Shown: piece by piece, positions 48,840 to 62,892 of the stretch
How the letters are laid out: each line of letters starts with the position of its first letter
How positions within the stretch are numbered: the first letter of the stretch is position 1
NCBI GenBank assembly: GCA_020536535.1
Contig: JAHLWZ010000424.1
Location: 62,001 to 126,000, forward strand
Reading direction: 5' to 3'
Source of the DNA: Pelomyxa schiedti
Taxonomy: Eukaryota; Protista; Evosea
Length of the DNA stretch: 64,000 nucleotides
Notes under the pieces: model-generated
The model's database searches: none
Told to the model about the DNA's origin: nothing
Seen by the model: the letters and a program-made list of their open reading frames with translations, nothing else
Translations under genes and position numbers: made by a program

Positions 48840-51800
48840 ATGATGGATACAGACAAGAGACACGGCCACCATAGACACAAACACGGAGATGAAGGTGCGA
48901 CAACAACGACTGCTACAGCAAAGGAAACAAGGGCCCACGGTGCATCCAGTGAGGAAAACGACGACCAGCGCGATCTGACACTACAAGTTCAAACGGACGC
49001 TGCTGAACGGCACTCGAGAAAAACACACCATCACCGCCACGGGCACGAACATGGCAGTCACGGCGATTCAGCGGAGGGCAAAGTGTCCACCACCGCTGCT
49101 GCACAAGCGGAAATTTCAATCACTACAACGGCTACAACCACCACTACTACAACCACAACTAGTAGTAAAAACAGTGACACCGCAGCAGTCACTAGTACCC
49201 AACCCAGTGGCACTAACAGCGCTGCAATTGTTGTTAGTAATGAGGCGGAGAAGCCTTCGCCTGCACGCAAGCATCATCACCACCCTCACAGAAATGACGA
49301 GGATGAACAGTATGCGCCTGTTGATCCTGGCTCGAAATCCAGTGCTGCTCCTACAAAGGAGGCCACTGGCACCCCATCTACACCCAAGTCATTGGTGGAA
49401 CCATCCACGAAGCCTACTTCCCTGACTGCCTCTACCACCCCTGTTCTTGTGACTCCTGTACCTACGACTTCTGCTTCTCCACAGGTTTATCCTTGTGCAT
49501 TGCGTACTTCATAACCTCAAGTGCCACAGATTTCCGCAGACACTAAAAAGCCCAAGAAGAAATCTCGTCTCTTTGGGCTCTCTAGAAAGAGTGAGAAGCG
49601 AGAATCAACTAAGTCTAGTAGTTCGAAACCTCCTACTGGAGGTGCATCTCCTGACATCATCATGCCGGCCCAGAACAACCTCCCCGTTCGGGTTTTATCC
49701 GAGGCGGCCTTTAGATTGTTGTGTGTTGCTGTAGGGTGTTCCTTTCCAGAGTATGTCACATGTCCTCATTGCATGCACTCAATTCTTCTCTAGAACTGCT
49801 GCTCATCATCCCTCACGTGAGAAGCGTGAAAGTGCCGGGTCTTCGAGGAGAAAAAGCAGATCAAAAATTTCCTCAGCTGCGGAGGTAATCTAATTTTTAC
49901 ATATCACGCAAAGCTTTTAATTTTCGCTTCACAGTTATTACAGCCTGATTCTGGTCTGCAAGGAAACTCGGGAGAAACTATAGGGAGGGGTGCGTCTACT
50001 GATGTAACTCAAGATGATCCAACAACCACAAATACATCTGAGAATGAAACCACCACTGACATATATGGTGCGAAAACTTACCAAACTGGAATGCTGTAAA
50101 ACATTAATTTGGACTTATATAGAGGGGTCTGATGAAGACGAAGAAGAAGCTGAGAAAGCCCTTGAGGAGTCTATCAGTGGTGCCTTCAATTTTGAGGATT
50201 CACAGCAGCCTCTAACTTCTGCAGTATCTCATCCTCTTATTTTTCCTTCTGTTTGTGAACAACTCTAGGCTGGAAGTGTACTCTCGACTAGTGATATTGC
50301 AAAAGAGCAACAAAAAATAATAACCGATGTTGCTGAAATTCTTAATATTGATAAGGCTCTTGCAACTACTCTCCTGAAACATTTTCATTGGAGACAAGAA
50401 CGCCTTCTGCCTGCTTATATCGAAAATGCCTCCAAAGTATTTTTAGTTTGTATTTATAGTGAAATATTCACAAGATTTGTCAAGGTGTGCCAACAAGCTG
50501 GCGCTTTGCATCCAAATGACTCCAACAAACCTCGCCACACAGGCAGTGGTGGTAGTTTCTGCCTTATTTGTGCATCAGATGCCATTCCACCCGATGATGG
50601 TTCCTGTCTTTCTCTTGCTTGTGGCCATGTGTATGCAGGCCTTCATCCTTTGTTTTTTTTTTTTTTTTAAGCCCTTGTCAATATAGGTTTTGCAGTGAGT
50701 GTTGGGACGAATTCCTCTCCCTCAAAATAAAAGAAGGTGTATGCTCCATAACATGGTTTGAGTTCTTCCTACTCTTATTTTTTCCTCTGACCGTTATGTA
50801 ATCAGTCCGTCTCATCAATGCAAGGTCATTGTTGGGCAAGAATTTATCCAAAAACGAGTTTCTCCAGAAACTTTTGAGAAATTTGTGCGGTTTCTCACTC
50901 ACTCTTATGTTGCGGATAATCCAGAGGTATGAATACAATTTTTACTTACTCTATTTTACCTGTTTCAATAGGTAAAGTGGTGTCCTGCTCCAGGCTGCAA
51001 CAATGCCCTTACTGTAGATAACTGTGTCCATGGAATTGGGATTTGCACGTGCGGGTTCAAAATGTGGTAAGTTTGTGGGAATGTTACCTGTTCTTTGTCA
51101 CCTTCCCACTTGTAAACAGTTGGGAGTGTCTTGATGAAGCCCATCCACCAGCTAGCTGTGAACAGGTACAAATCATATTTGATTTGGGTGACCAATGTAT
51201 TTGCACAGGTAAAAAATTGGAAAAAGAAATGCTTGGATGATTCAGAGACCCAGCATTGGATCATGGCCAATACTCAAACATGTACTTGAGGTAGTAAATT
51301 AATCAATGTCTGAGGAAATTGATTAGGTCCAAAATGTAAATCACAAATTGAGAAAAATGGAGGTTGTCCTATATCCTCTCCAACTAAGTTAAGGCTCCAA
51401 CAGGCTGCAACCATATGATATGCCGACAATGTAAATATGAGTTCTGTTGGGTTTGTTTGGGGGACTGGAAGGTATGGCTCCTGCAAGTTCAATAACTCAA
51501 CTCACAGTCGAGTAGGGCCATAACAACTTCTATTCATGCAACAGGTTTGAAACGAAAAAGAAATCTTCCAAGAAGAAGAATCAAAAACAGAGAGAACAAG
51601 AACTATTGGAATCAAAAGTCGCCCTTGAAAAGTGGGAATCTCATTTTCTTCTTTCACATCCCAACTTCATAGACCAGATACTTACACTACTACCATCGTT
51701 ATGTTAACCACGAACGCTCTCGCACGTTTGAAACACAAATTCGAGAACGTGCGACAAATACAATGCAAGAACTGAGGAAAACCGATGACAAATACCATGA

Positions 51801-52284
51801 TGTACGATACATACAAGAGGCCACTACAGTCTTACTGGATGTATTTCCCCTTGCACCAACTAACTGTTTGTGTGTTAACATGCACCTTTGCAGTGTCGGG
51901 CTGTGCTTAAAAATTCATATGTGCTTGTATATTATCTTCCAGATGGCACAGGTAGGAAGCTATTTGAGCTTCTCCAGGTTCGTCTTTCCCATAGACAACA
52001 TTTTCCAAAACTTAAACTTTTGACAGTCCGACCTTGAGAAAACAACAGAAATGCTGAGCGAGAAACTCGAGCTACCAACAGAACGCATCAACCGTGTGGA
52101 AATAAAGAATTTGAGTGACCTATGTGCCCTAAGGGTTAAAAACATGCTCGATGCGGTTCAAGACAACGAATTACTGCGGAATGCCGGCGCAATACCCTCC
52201 TCGGCCTTAGCCACAACCTCTTTGACTACTTCCACATCAGCACTATCATCCACACTACCACCCTTTGACACCTCTGGCAACTAA
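48840..52284 (+). CDS. ARIH1: Ariadne-family RBR E3 ubiquitin ligase with a long disordered N-terminus
   Basis: RING1 (CLIC...CGH.FC.ECW), IBR (VKWCPAPGC...EAHPPASC), RING2 ([30 protein letters not shown]), Ariadne domain ([12 protein letters not shown]). Confidence 0.92.
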
Positions 52285-52443
52285 TGTCAATGTCTCTTCT
52301 GCCCTTACCACCCAATGTATTTTTCACGTGAACCTCTTCTAAGAATAGAGACAAAAGAATACCATCATTTTGAGGTTGTTTTTTTTATGTTTCTGTAGGA
52401 AAACAAAACTTTGAATTCCTTCTGTGGGGCGTTGCCGGCTTAA

Positions 52444-54371
52444 TTAAAGTTCCCCATGGTGGTACAACTTCCAAGCCTTGAGGGCAGAATCTGAGGGTGA
52501 AAGTGAGCACATAACTTTGAAAGCAACTGCTACTTACCACCAGGTGTGGGCTCCCATTGTTGCACGGCTTCTATCCAAGTTTTGGGAATCTGCCCAGCCC
52601 CGTATATGGCTCCTGCAATCTGGCCAGTGATATCACACCTTGCGATTTTGGTTGAGGACTGTTCACAGAGGCAAATGGTGGAAGTGGAAATGCACTTACA
52701 CAGTGTCTGAGTCACCACAGGTATTGGCTGCCTTGATCAACGCCGAGGGGAAATCGGGGGTAGTCCACACGCAATGGAGTGCCATTGACTTGGATGGGAT
52801 GATACCAGTCAGGGTTGGTTTTTTGTTTGTTTTATTTGTTTGTTTAGTTGGTTGGGGTGTTTTAATACCAGTGCATCCATTGCGTAGCTACATGACGAAA
52901 TTAATGCTAAGCTAATAAGGAAGTACATACGATCCAATATAGCCTGGGTCTTCCCTTGCCCTGTTTGCTGACCACCTGAGAAGTTGCAATGAGTAAGTAC
53001 ATTTTTTTGTTTGAAAGTTGGTTGCACCTGAAATTGGGGTCTTTCCAATTCCAGTTCCTGTCTTCAAGTTTTAATTTTTGATTGGAGGGATTTGCTTCTT
53101 CAGCAACACTGTTGGCAAGGCACTGAACACTGTAACAAAGTGGCGGTGCGAAATGAGCCATATCGATTCCACTCAAGGCTTCTTCTTTGGTTGCAGGGGT
53201 TGTTACAGCGCGTCCAATAATGTAGCTGAGGACTCGGCAGCAATCAGCAGCTTCGTCACCCTTACAGAATAAAGTCATTTACAAGATGCTTTTTGGGTAG
53301 TGGACCTGGTGTGTGGTTTTACTCTGTTTATATGAAAAGTCGAGAAGCTTTGCAAGTTCGTGGCAATAGTAAAGTGCCACTGGGGCATTGCGCATCAGCG
53401 AACCATTGCCGGAGGTTTCTCTATCCCCAGCGCTGTGGTTAAATGAATAAATATTAAAGAATTTTGAGGTATCTACATACGTTGTGTACTCTGTCTTACT
53501 TTTCAGAAATTCAGTGAAGGAGGAGGAAATATTCCCACCCAATCCAACAGACCCTTTTGGAACATAAGTATGAATCATGAACGCGAAAAGGAACCTCTTC
53601 CAATGAGTTGTTGATTATCCCGAGTTCTAACCACCTTGGAGAAAGCATTGTTGTAGCCAAAACTCCACCAATTTTGAAATCTCAAACGCAAGTCTTGTCT
53701 GTACAATATAAGCTGCAAAGCACAAAGAAGAAGGAGTGACAACACGGATTGAAGCCACGGCAACAAAGAAGCGAATCTGCCAGGCATAGACCTTTTGCAT
53801 TAAGATTACAAAAAAAGAAGCCACATAAATTGATTGTGGTACCCATGCTTGCATCGTCAGTCCACTGCCCAGGGCTTAAGCCAAAGCGAGTGCCTTGCCT
53901 GATACAAAAGGGTAGTTTCCTAAAATGAAGGGAGGAAGATTACCATATGTGTCGGTCTTCAAATCCTCTCAATTCTATAACATTGTAGCGAACGCGAGAA
54001 AATTCCAAGGGGGCACCCAGGGCATCTCCAATCATCATCCCCAACATGGACGCCACTGCTCGTGAAGCGTTTTCTTCTCCAGTCCATTCGTTATTCAACA
54101 GCCTTTCTGAGACAAAAATAAATCATCACCAGCTTGAGCACGAACACCAAAGAGGATGGCACCAAAAAAAAAAAAAAAAAAAAAAACACCACCCACTCTG
54201 GACCGCAGCGCGATCGGGATCGTCGGGCCTCAAAATTGAGAATCCACTCAGGGCAGAGGACGTCCAAGTATCGTCCCTGTCGATGTCAACACCCTCGGGG
54301 AACCGAAATGCAACTGCGGCCTCTTCGGCCGTCATGGGTGTCTTGGTCCCCTGGCTCTGTGAGTTACCCAT
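52444..54371 (-). CDS. ADP-ribosylglycohydrolase family protein, predicted N-myristoylated
   Basis: GMMIGDALGAPLEF, PGQWTDDASM, SGNGSLMRNAP, QSKTTHQ, GDSDT...GQIAGAIYG; MGNSQS start. Confidence 0.9.
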
Positions 54372-54686
54372 CAAGCCTTTGTTTTTCTTTCGGGTTTGAA
54401 ACAGTTCGCCAAACAGAAAACAACCCCTTGAGCCCAGAAAGGCTAACGGAAAACCCCAGCTTGAATCACCTAAGTAGGGCCACCTGATACATACACATTG
54501 GAAGACACTGTCCTCGAGAGTCACTGCTACGTACAGGAGGTTGGGTTCCGGGAAGGCGAAGAGGTCTCACTGGAGTGTTTCTCGGATCTTTGTGTTGGAA
54601 AAAAATAAAACAAAAACCTACAGCGAGCATACCGTGTCGCACAACCGGAAACACAACACCCAACACATAAACAAAAACACTCATAA

Positions 54687-55645
54687 ATGGAAGAGCGCGA
54701 TGAATCCGTTTACATGGCCAAACTAGCTGAGCAGGCCGAGAGATACGATGGTATTGCGTTTTTTTTTTCCCGCCTTTTTTCGCGGTTTAACGCGGGGCGT
54801 CCAGAAATGGTAGACGCTATGAAGAAAGTTGCCAGTTTGGATACTGAGCTTACCGGTAAACAAACTCCCTCTTTAGATGTGAAACTAACGGAACCAGTCG
54901 AAGAAAGGAATTTGCTATCTGTAGCCTACAAGAACGTTGTTGGATCACGGAGGGCATCGTGGAGAGTGATATCTTCCATCGAGCAAAAAGAGAGTGGCAA
55001 GCCAAACAACGAAGCACACACAAACTTTGTCAGAGATTACCGCTCAAAGGTTGAGGCCGAACTGACCAGAATTTGCAAAGACATATTGACTGTCTTGGAC
55101 ACCCACTTGATTCCTTCCGCTGGTTCGTCTGAAAGCAAAGTATTCTATTACAAAATGTATCTAGCCCTCTCCTATTTCTATCTTACCAGTCCAACTCATT
55201 TGATCTAGGAAAGGAGACTACCACAGATACCTTGCTGAATTTGCTCTTGGTCCGGCTCGTAAGGAATCCGCTGATGATTCACTTGTTGCATACCGTTCAG
55301 CAAGTGATATTGCATCACAAGACTTGGCTCCCACCCACCCAATTCGTCTTGGTCTTGCTCTGAACTTCAGTGTGTTCTATTACGAAATCCTCAGCTCACC
55401 GGAGCGTGCATGCCAACTGGCAAAGAAAGCCTTTGACGATGCAATCGCGGAGTTGGATACAATTCAGTATGCCTTGTGAACCCTGTCAACCCCCATCTGA
55501 CTTTTTTTTCAGTGAGGACACTTACAAAGACAGCACATTGATTATGCAACTGCTTAGGGATAACCTGACCTTGTGGACATCAGATATCCAGAACGGGGAA
55601 TCTGATGGGGTCAGGCCGGCTGAGGAAGGTGTGGGGGGCCAGTGA
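54687..55645 (+). CDS. 14-3-3 protein
   Basis: [77 protein letters not shown]; 4 introns. Confidence 0.98.
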
Positions 55646-55846
55646 CCGTCCCCACATCCGGGCACATAAAATGGTTTGGGAGACAGAGAGGCAATGGTGG
55701 TACACTGAGAGGCCCCAAAAGCCTCAAAACCACTTTGCCAATCAACTCCACCATTTTTGTTTAAATAAAGGGATGCACCGTCCTTATTTCAAATTTCTTA
55801 GAAGAGTTTGTTGATTTCTACAATCAAAACACAACGACCGAATTCA

Positions 55847-57778
55847 ATGGCAACAAACAACCCACAACTGGTTTTAGAACAACACAGTGCGATACATATT
55901 CCTACATGTGTAACATCCCACATTCAAGCAAACAACCCAAAAAACCGCGCAAAACACAACACCAACGAAAGTAACAAAACCCCATTCGGTGGTGGATATT
56001 ATATAAAAGATTCTCAGCAGCACGCACGAAACCAAATGATGTTGAAGGCCCTTTCTCAGTTGGAGGCTGGAAACACTGAGGCCGCCATTGGCCTTGTTTC
56101 AGATGCTGTAAAACATTTTGAGAGCTGTCGCTACACCTGCACTGGTTTGAAATTTTCACCTCACACTATTGATGTTTTTTTTTTCCCTCTGTTTTAGCCA
56201 CTAACTAAATAAACAGGAAAACAAACAGGTGGATCACATGAACCAGTGCAAGTAGAAGCAGAATTGTGTTACCTCCCTGGGCTGCTCTTTCTTTATGGTG
56301 CGGCTCTCCTTACAAATGATCATGTTACACTGTTCCGGCTGCTTCCTACAAACCTGTCAAGTTCATTCTCCCGTGGCATTTCCTCTGCTACAGCCGACCT
56401 TATGGTCTATTGCAAGGCTGTGTTGTTGTCATCCAAGAGTGTTGCACCGCAGCCAACACATCACGAACAAAACGGGGCTGATGAGGGGACTACTATTGTA
56501 AGCATTTCAGAGGAGTGGGATTCCCTTGTTGCGGCAGCATCATGCACTTATGGTGTGGACTTGGCTAGCGACTCACAATCTAGGATGCCACAAGGAGGGG
56601 AGCATCACAGTGACCCTCAACAAGAAGAACGGCCCCAACGATCGTGGTCACGCATGCTTTTCGTGGCTTTGTGGAAAACTTTCTGTTTGGACAAGATTTC
56701 GTGTATGCCCACTTGGATGGAACTTTCAGATAGTTGCCCTCCGGGAACCCTCCTGCGTTCTTCATGTCTGTCACTCCTTGGTGCACTTTACGTACAAGAG
56801 GGGTTGGATAAGGATCCCAACAAAGCCTTCCAGCTCTTCCAGAGGGCAACTGATGCTGGAGATGCCAGAGGAATGTTCAACTTGGGGTTGTGTTACGGTA
56901 ATGGCACTGGCGTTGACAAGGACCTCACCCAGGCCATCCAACTTTGGAGGAGGTCTGCAGATGCTGGAAATACAAGAGCAATGCTGAAGCTTGCTGTGTG
57001 CTACCGGCATGGCTGGGGTGTCTGTAGGGACTCCAAACAGTCTATCTTCTTCTTGCAGAGAGCTGCTGATGGTGGTGATGCCAGTGCACAGGGCAACCTT
57101 GGTGTGTGTTACAAAAACGGCGAAGGCGTGGACTGCGATATCAAACGGGCTGTATCCCTTTGGACGATGGCCTCTGATTCTGGCAATGCCACTGCAATGA
57201 ATAACCTTGGTGTATGTTACAAAACTGCAAATGGTGTTGATGAGGACGTCAAACGGGGTGTGTCCCTTTACATGAGGGCTGCTGCTGCCGGAAGTTCTGA
57301 AGGAATGTATAACCTCGCAGTCTGTTACCAAACTGGTGATGGTGTTGACACAGATATAAATCAGGCCATATCATTGTTCAGTAAGGCTGCTGATGCCGGT
57401 GATTCCGACGCCATGGTGGAGCTTGGCATGTGCTACTACAATGGAACCGGCGTCGACATAAACCTGCGCCGGGCCGTGTCACTCTTCCAGCAGGCTACTG
57501 ATGCCGGCCATTCCGAGGCAATGTTCAACCTTGGTACGTGTTATGAGAATGGGTCTGGTGTTGACAAGGACACCGCCCGGGCCGTGTCCCTCTACTGGAG
57601 TGCAACCGACTCCGGCTGTGAGGATGCAATGGCGGCCCTTGGCATGTGTTTCCAGAAGGGCCGTGGTGTCACCAAGGACATCAGAATGGCAGTGGCGCTC
57701 TACAGGCTAGCGGCAGCAGGTGAACATGCAGTAGCCCATAAGAGACTCAACATCCTGCTGATATCGTGCATCGAATGA
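55847..57778 (+). CDS. SEL1-repeat protein (9 repeats); kinase-less paralog of the C-terminal half of 4366-8204
   Basis: RNQMMLKALSQLEAGN and YLPGLLFL align to 4366-8204; phase-1 intron ending 56216; start is 55847 or about 56036. Confidence 0.8.
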
Positions 57779-57969
57779 CAGAAGTTCTACCACAAAACAT
57801 TGTGGTGTGCACACCGCAATGTTGATTGAGAAGAAATCTCGTTTTTGAAAATCCCTCGAAATCTACGTGCCTTACAGGAAGCCGGCTTCGGTTCTCTTGA
57901 GAGCGAGGAAAAAAGTCACAGGAAAAGGCACAGAAACAAAGGAAAAAGGGGGTGTTGTGAGTGAGAGGA

Positions 57970-59107
57970 ATGAAGGTCGAGGATTCTCAGTCGATGAGAC
58001 GGCCAAAGTGCGTGACTAAGGTGCAGAAGACGATAATGCCTGCCGCTGGTGAATTCGTGGGAACCTTTGGACTGGTTTTTTTTGGTGTGTTGGTTGTGTA
58101 GTATGTTGAGTGGTGTTATTATGGGTTTTTCCCCAATTTAAAACAAAAAACCCTCAAGTGCGTTTCTTATAGCGAATTTGGGGAATAGGGTGTGGGACTG
58201 TATGCATAGAGGCTGAAAATGTGTGGGGCAGCTTTGTGTCAACACTGGCTTTTGTTGGTATCATCTTTGCACAGATAGTGTGCTTTGACACTGTGAGTGG
58301 TTCGCACTTCAACCCGGCGGTAACACTTGCTTTTGTGATGATGCGAGAGGTTTCTGTTCAGCTTTGTCATTGAAATGCACCAACTGGCCTCAATTGCAGA
58401 TAAGTATCTTGTCGGCAATAGGTTATGTTGTTGCGCAACTACTTGGAGCTATTTCTGGTGCCTATATGGTCAAGTGGCTTGTTCCTGGTGCTGTGCGTTC
58501 TTTCGCCATCTTATGTTTAGTTTTTATTGTTTTCCAACTTCATTAGATGAAATACCTCCTTGGATGCACTGTAAATAATACAACACTGCCAATGTGTTTT
58601 GTAGTGGAGACTATCATTACCTCAGTGCTTATCTTGGTCATCCTCACAACCTCTTTTCACTACTCCAAAACTCCCAGGAATCATACCCTTAACCCAATCG
58701 CTATCTATTTCCTTCTGATTGCACTTGTACGCTTTTCTACATCAACTCTGGCCACCAAATTTCACCAAAGAGATAGGTTTTTGCATACGGACCAATCTCT
58801 GGTGCCTCCATGAATCCAGCTAGGTCACTTGGCCCAGCCATTGCAGCTAACTACTGGGATGACCAGTACATGTGTGTGTGTACTTCACAACACAAAAAAC
58901 AATAAGCAGCACATCCCCTAGCATAGCCCAAAATGTGAGAACACCAACTCGAATGCTTGCAAATTCATGTCACCCTCCTCCTTTACTGATTGCTGTCACT
59001 ATATCTCTCGTCGCCGTGATGCCTATCACAGATACTGCACTGCCCCATTTGTTGGATCCATTCTTGGATTTCTTGTATTCAAGGCTGTCAATATACATTT
59101 GCAATGA
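57970..59107 (+). CDS. Aquaporin (MIP family)
   Basis: [43 protein letters not shown]; both NPA boxes present. Confidence 0.93.
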
Positions 59108-60003
59108 ACCATGCCAAAACGCCAAGCGAAATAAAGGCAACATTTTTGTTAAATCTTTGTTATGTAAGGTGGTTATCTTATGCACATACACCCCTTTTGT
59201 TCCTAATTCCTACAAACTTGGTAGTCATCCATCTGCAAAACAATTCAGAAGTCAGGAAAAATATGCTGAGAAAGATATCCATGGATACCATCGACAAGCA
59301 GTTACTGAACGTGAGTAGGCTGGAGAAGTGTTGTTCTACCAAACCACAAATAAGGTTCATGTCACTCAGAGTACGTGGTCCATCAACTACGCTGTTGGCG
59401 GATATCCCCCAGTTTAACACCTCAGTTCCACAGAAGTAGAGTATGGGTATGTTTCCTTCTTATTGGGAAATAATGAGGATTTACCAACACTTGACCGGCG
59501 TGAATCCTTTTTTTTGTACTTTATAAGAAGAGTGGGGCTGACCACACGAGGCGGCAGTGCAGTGCCTGGGCAATCAGGAGAGCGCCCAACTTGGCAGCGG
59601 AGCAAGCCCCACCACCAAGCAGACACCCCCAACGACCCCACAAAAAATAAGTTTAATATCGATGCTACCCAATGGGCAGCTTTCAGATATTAAGCTGAAA
59701 AGAACAGATACTACACTTGATCTTAGCCAAAAGGCCGAGAAGGTATGAAGGTACATGTCCCCCTTCCCTCGGAAGTACCCCCGCCTCTCCCTGGCAACAA
59801 TTATGGGGAACAGCTGAAACTTTGTTCCAAGAAATCGATCTATTTCTATTTCTGACTAAGACCCAGAGGTACCTCAGCAAAGATACACAACATGCTGGGT
59901 AACGCTACGTTGTCATGTCTTGCGTGCTGTCGCTGTTAAGTCACAAAGTAACTGCAGGGAGTCCCAGCTTCCATGAAGACATTCGCTCGTGCCTGGCACA
60001 AAA

Positions 60004-61410
60004 ATGGTGGTTAGGGGGTTTCCGGTTGGTGTCGTTGTGGCGATTTTGATTGGCTGCTTGGGGTGTAATGGTCAGTCGTGTGAACCCACTCGGTACAAGA
60101 TACCTGTCAAGACAGCAGGGGGACTGGAGATGCCATATTACCTCAGCCCTGAATCCACCCTCCTGGGGGGTTACTTTCCTGGCGTAGGCTACTCGTTTGC
60201 TTTTTTTTTTTTTTTGTTGTTGTTGTTGTTGATTTGGGTGTAGGTTGTTGAGGTAGTGATTGTGCAGCATGGAATGGATAGGAATGCTGATGATTATCTC
60301 TGTTATATGATTGGGTCTCGTGATATTGCCTACCCACTAGGTATAATGCCACTGTTTTTTCCTCTCTTCCTTGTATTGTCAACGAGATTTGTATCAACTG
60401 ACTTTAAGGCAACTCCAGTATTTTGATCCTTTCTTTTCAATTTCAGCAATATCCAGATGATAACCCAGGAATGAATGACCTATTTTGGGTTTGCCTTCCT
60501 CGTGAATTCAACTCTTAATTGTTACCAGGATGATGAAAGCTGGAACATGGGAGGTCATTCCTCTCAAAAACAACCTTGGACAATCAGTTCCTTTGCTGTT
60601 ACAGATTACATGATTAGTCTTCTTCTGTATGTCAATGGGACAAAACACCAACTTTGACTGAAACTTAGTCTTACTCAGTCAACATGCAAACTTTCCCGAC
60701 TTACGCGAAATAGTGTTTGCCGGACACTCGGCAGGTGGCCAGTTCTCAACCAGGTATGCTCAAGGCAACTTAATGCCTCAGGGTTATCCCATTGATTCAA
60801 GCCCGATTCACGTTCGCTATGTAGTTGCCAATCCTTCATCGTATGTTTATCTATTTCATTGCTTGCCTTAAAATTCCCCAACAAAGTTACGGCTACATGA
60901 ATGCGGAGCGTGCCCTCACTGGTTCTGATCCCTTTTCAATACCCGATTCTAGTGATTGTCCAACCTACAATCAGTGGCGATATGGTTTGAACCACTCCAG
61001 GAAAAAACATATCTCAGAAGACTGTAGGCCTTGATGAACTAAATGAGTACATGAGCATACCCGGAGTAGAGAACATAATACTGAACTATAAGCCACGTGA
61101 TGTCGTGTACCTTCTTGGAACCAATGACACTTGTAATGAGTTACTGGACCCAACATGTGACTCTCATGGCCTGGATACCGGCTGTGAAGCCATGATGCAA
61201 GGAAGGTGGAGATACGAAAGGGGCACAACTTGGTTCCGCTTTCTTGATTACTTCTATGGTGAAACAGGTTTATGATGCAATTCTATGCTGTTTGTTCTTA
61301 TCATCATGATTCCAGTGCAGAGGGAGGTTGACGTTCCAGGGGTGGGACATGACGGGGAGGCAATGTTCCAATCACCACAGGGTGTGGAAGTCATTTTCTT
61401 TGATTTCTAA
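60004..61410 (+). CDS. Secreted alpha/beta-hydrolase
   Basis: Signal peptide; GHSAGGQF nucleophile elbow; RYVVANPSS; YLLGTND; VPGVGHDGEAMF. Confidence 0.85.
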
Positions 61411-61511
61411 AATTTCTTCCATTCTAAAAAAAAAAATTTGTTTCTTTTTCTCATCTTATTTCCGGATCATAAAATTCTGTGCACCACATGAAAAGTGAGA
61501 GCAACACTCAA

Positions 61512-62892
61512 TCACAGCATTTCAGAGGAGGGCACAAAGGCACCATCAGATGGTCCACTCTCACGTGAGGGTCTCCTTTTATCCATTCTGGCCTTTTTGG
61601 GTGCCGGACTGTTTACACCACTGCCCCATTCTGAGGCAGTTGCTCCCAGGGCCAAATCACCCTTCTTCTCTTTCCGGAGTGCCTTCATTGGCCTGACGCG
61701 GTCACTGATGCGCCCAAAGTCCTGCATCTCCTTCCTCACTGTGCCCATCTTCTCACCAAGGGGTGTGAAGGTCACATTCTTTTCCTTGCGGTTGGCTGCT
61801 TTTATCTGATGCGGGACTCGGCAGGCCTGCGTTTCCAGTTCGTGGGGTGCGAAGTGGTGCCTCCCAATGGAAAAGGAAAATCGGGGGCCTTGCTCTTCGA
61901 GAACAACTTTGGGAATCTGTTCCGCGGGATGGTGGGGGCAACGAAAAAGAATGGGAGTTCATACTGAGGTGCCGGATTTCTTCAAAAAGATTTTGTAGAC
62001 GCAGAAATGACCTCCCTCGGGAGTGCTGGTGACAGAGATTACATACTCGAGCAGGCCGAGGTTGAATTCGGTCACTACTTCACCGTGGTAGAAGTCTAAA
62101 AGGGGTAAGGTACTGGCCTTTATAATAAGCATAGGATACCAAGAAGTAGGTTTTTGAGCTTTTTATATCTTTCCTCACTTTCAAACTCGTTTCCTCCGAA
62201 ATAAAAAACTGGCTTGGCGCCCAGTTCAAGCTTTTCTACCTAATCAAATAAAAAGGGTCAATAAAAAGGATAAATAAAAAGGAAAGCAGATTAGAAACCA
62301 ACCGGAAAATCTTTCATTGGAACATAGTCCCGTACTCCAAGTTCTATCATGTCGTACACATGGTGGTCAAACATTCTGACCAGTGTGATGGAAGAGGGGT
62401 TGCGTTTGGTGTGTGATGCTATCATTATAAGACTAGCATCGTATCTAAAAGAACATTTTTCCATCATTGTATCATCCTCAAAAGCCCGGAACGTAAACTT
62501 TCTACTGAAGCTCAGAGAATCAGGTTTTTTCATCAGATACTATGTGTATGGAAGAAAGAAATTAGGCAGCACAAAATGCCAACAGAGGATAGTACAGAGA
62601 AAAGGAGTGAGAATTCATCAAAAAAAAAAAAAAAAAAAACAGGGCACAAACCAGCTCCTTCAGGAGGCTTTTCGTGTCATTACTGGACCTGGGGCCTTTC
62701 ATAAAGAGAGCCATCTTGACATTTTCGTTTACTTTGGGCTGCCTTTTTTTCCAATCGGCCTCCCTCTTGTGCTTGCCGAATTTGATCCTGGCAAGCCATG
62801 CGATGTCAGGAGAGGAAAAAGCTTCAGGAAGAAGCAACGACAATGCAGACCAAAACACAAAGAATAACGCACTTGGGGGATAGTCTCTGCAT
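61512..62892 (-). CDS. RPF2: Ribosome production factor 2 (Brix domain)
   Basis: PKVNENVKMALFMKG, KKPDS, AFED, DASL, VRMFDHHVYDMIELGV, KNLLLDFY, LEEQGPRF. Confidence 0.92.

Noticed and set aside
48840-52284. Ariadne RBR ligase as partner of the PINK1-like kinase
   Set aside because: About 40 kb apart, and Ariadne is a universal housekeeping gene; co-occurrence in the window is not evidence.
59140-59900. Exon-like fragments between the aquaporin and hydrolase genes
   Set aside because: No start or family recognised; at most an orphan fragment.
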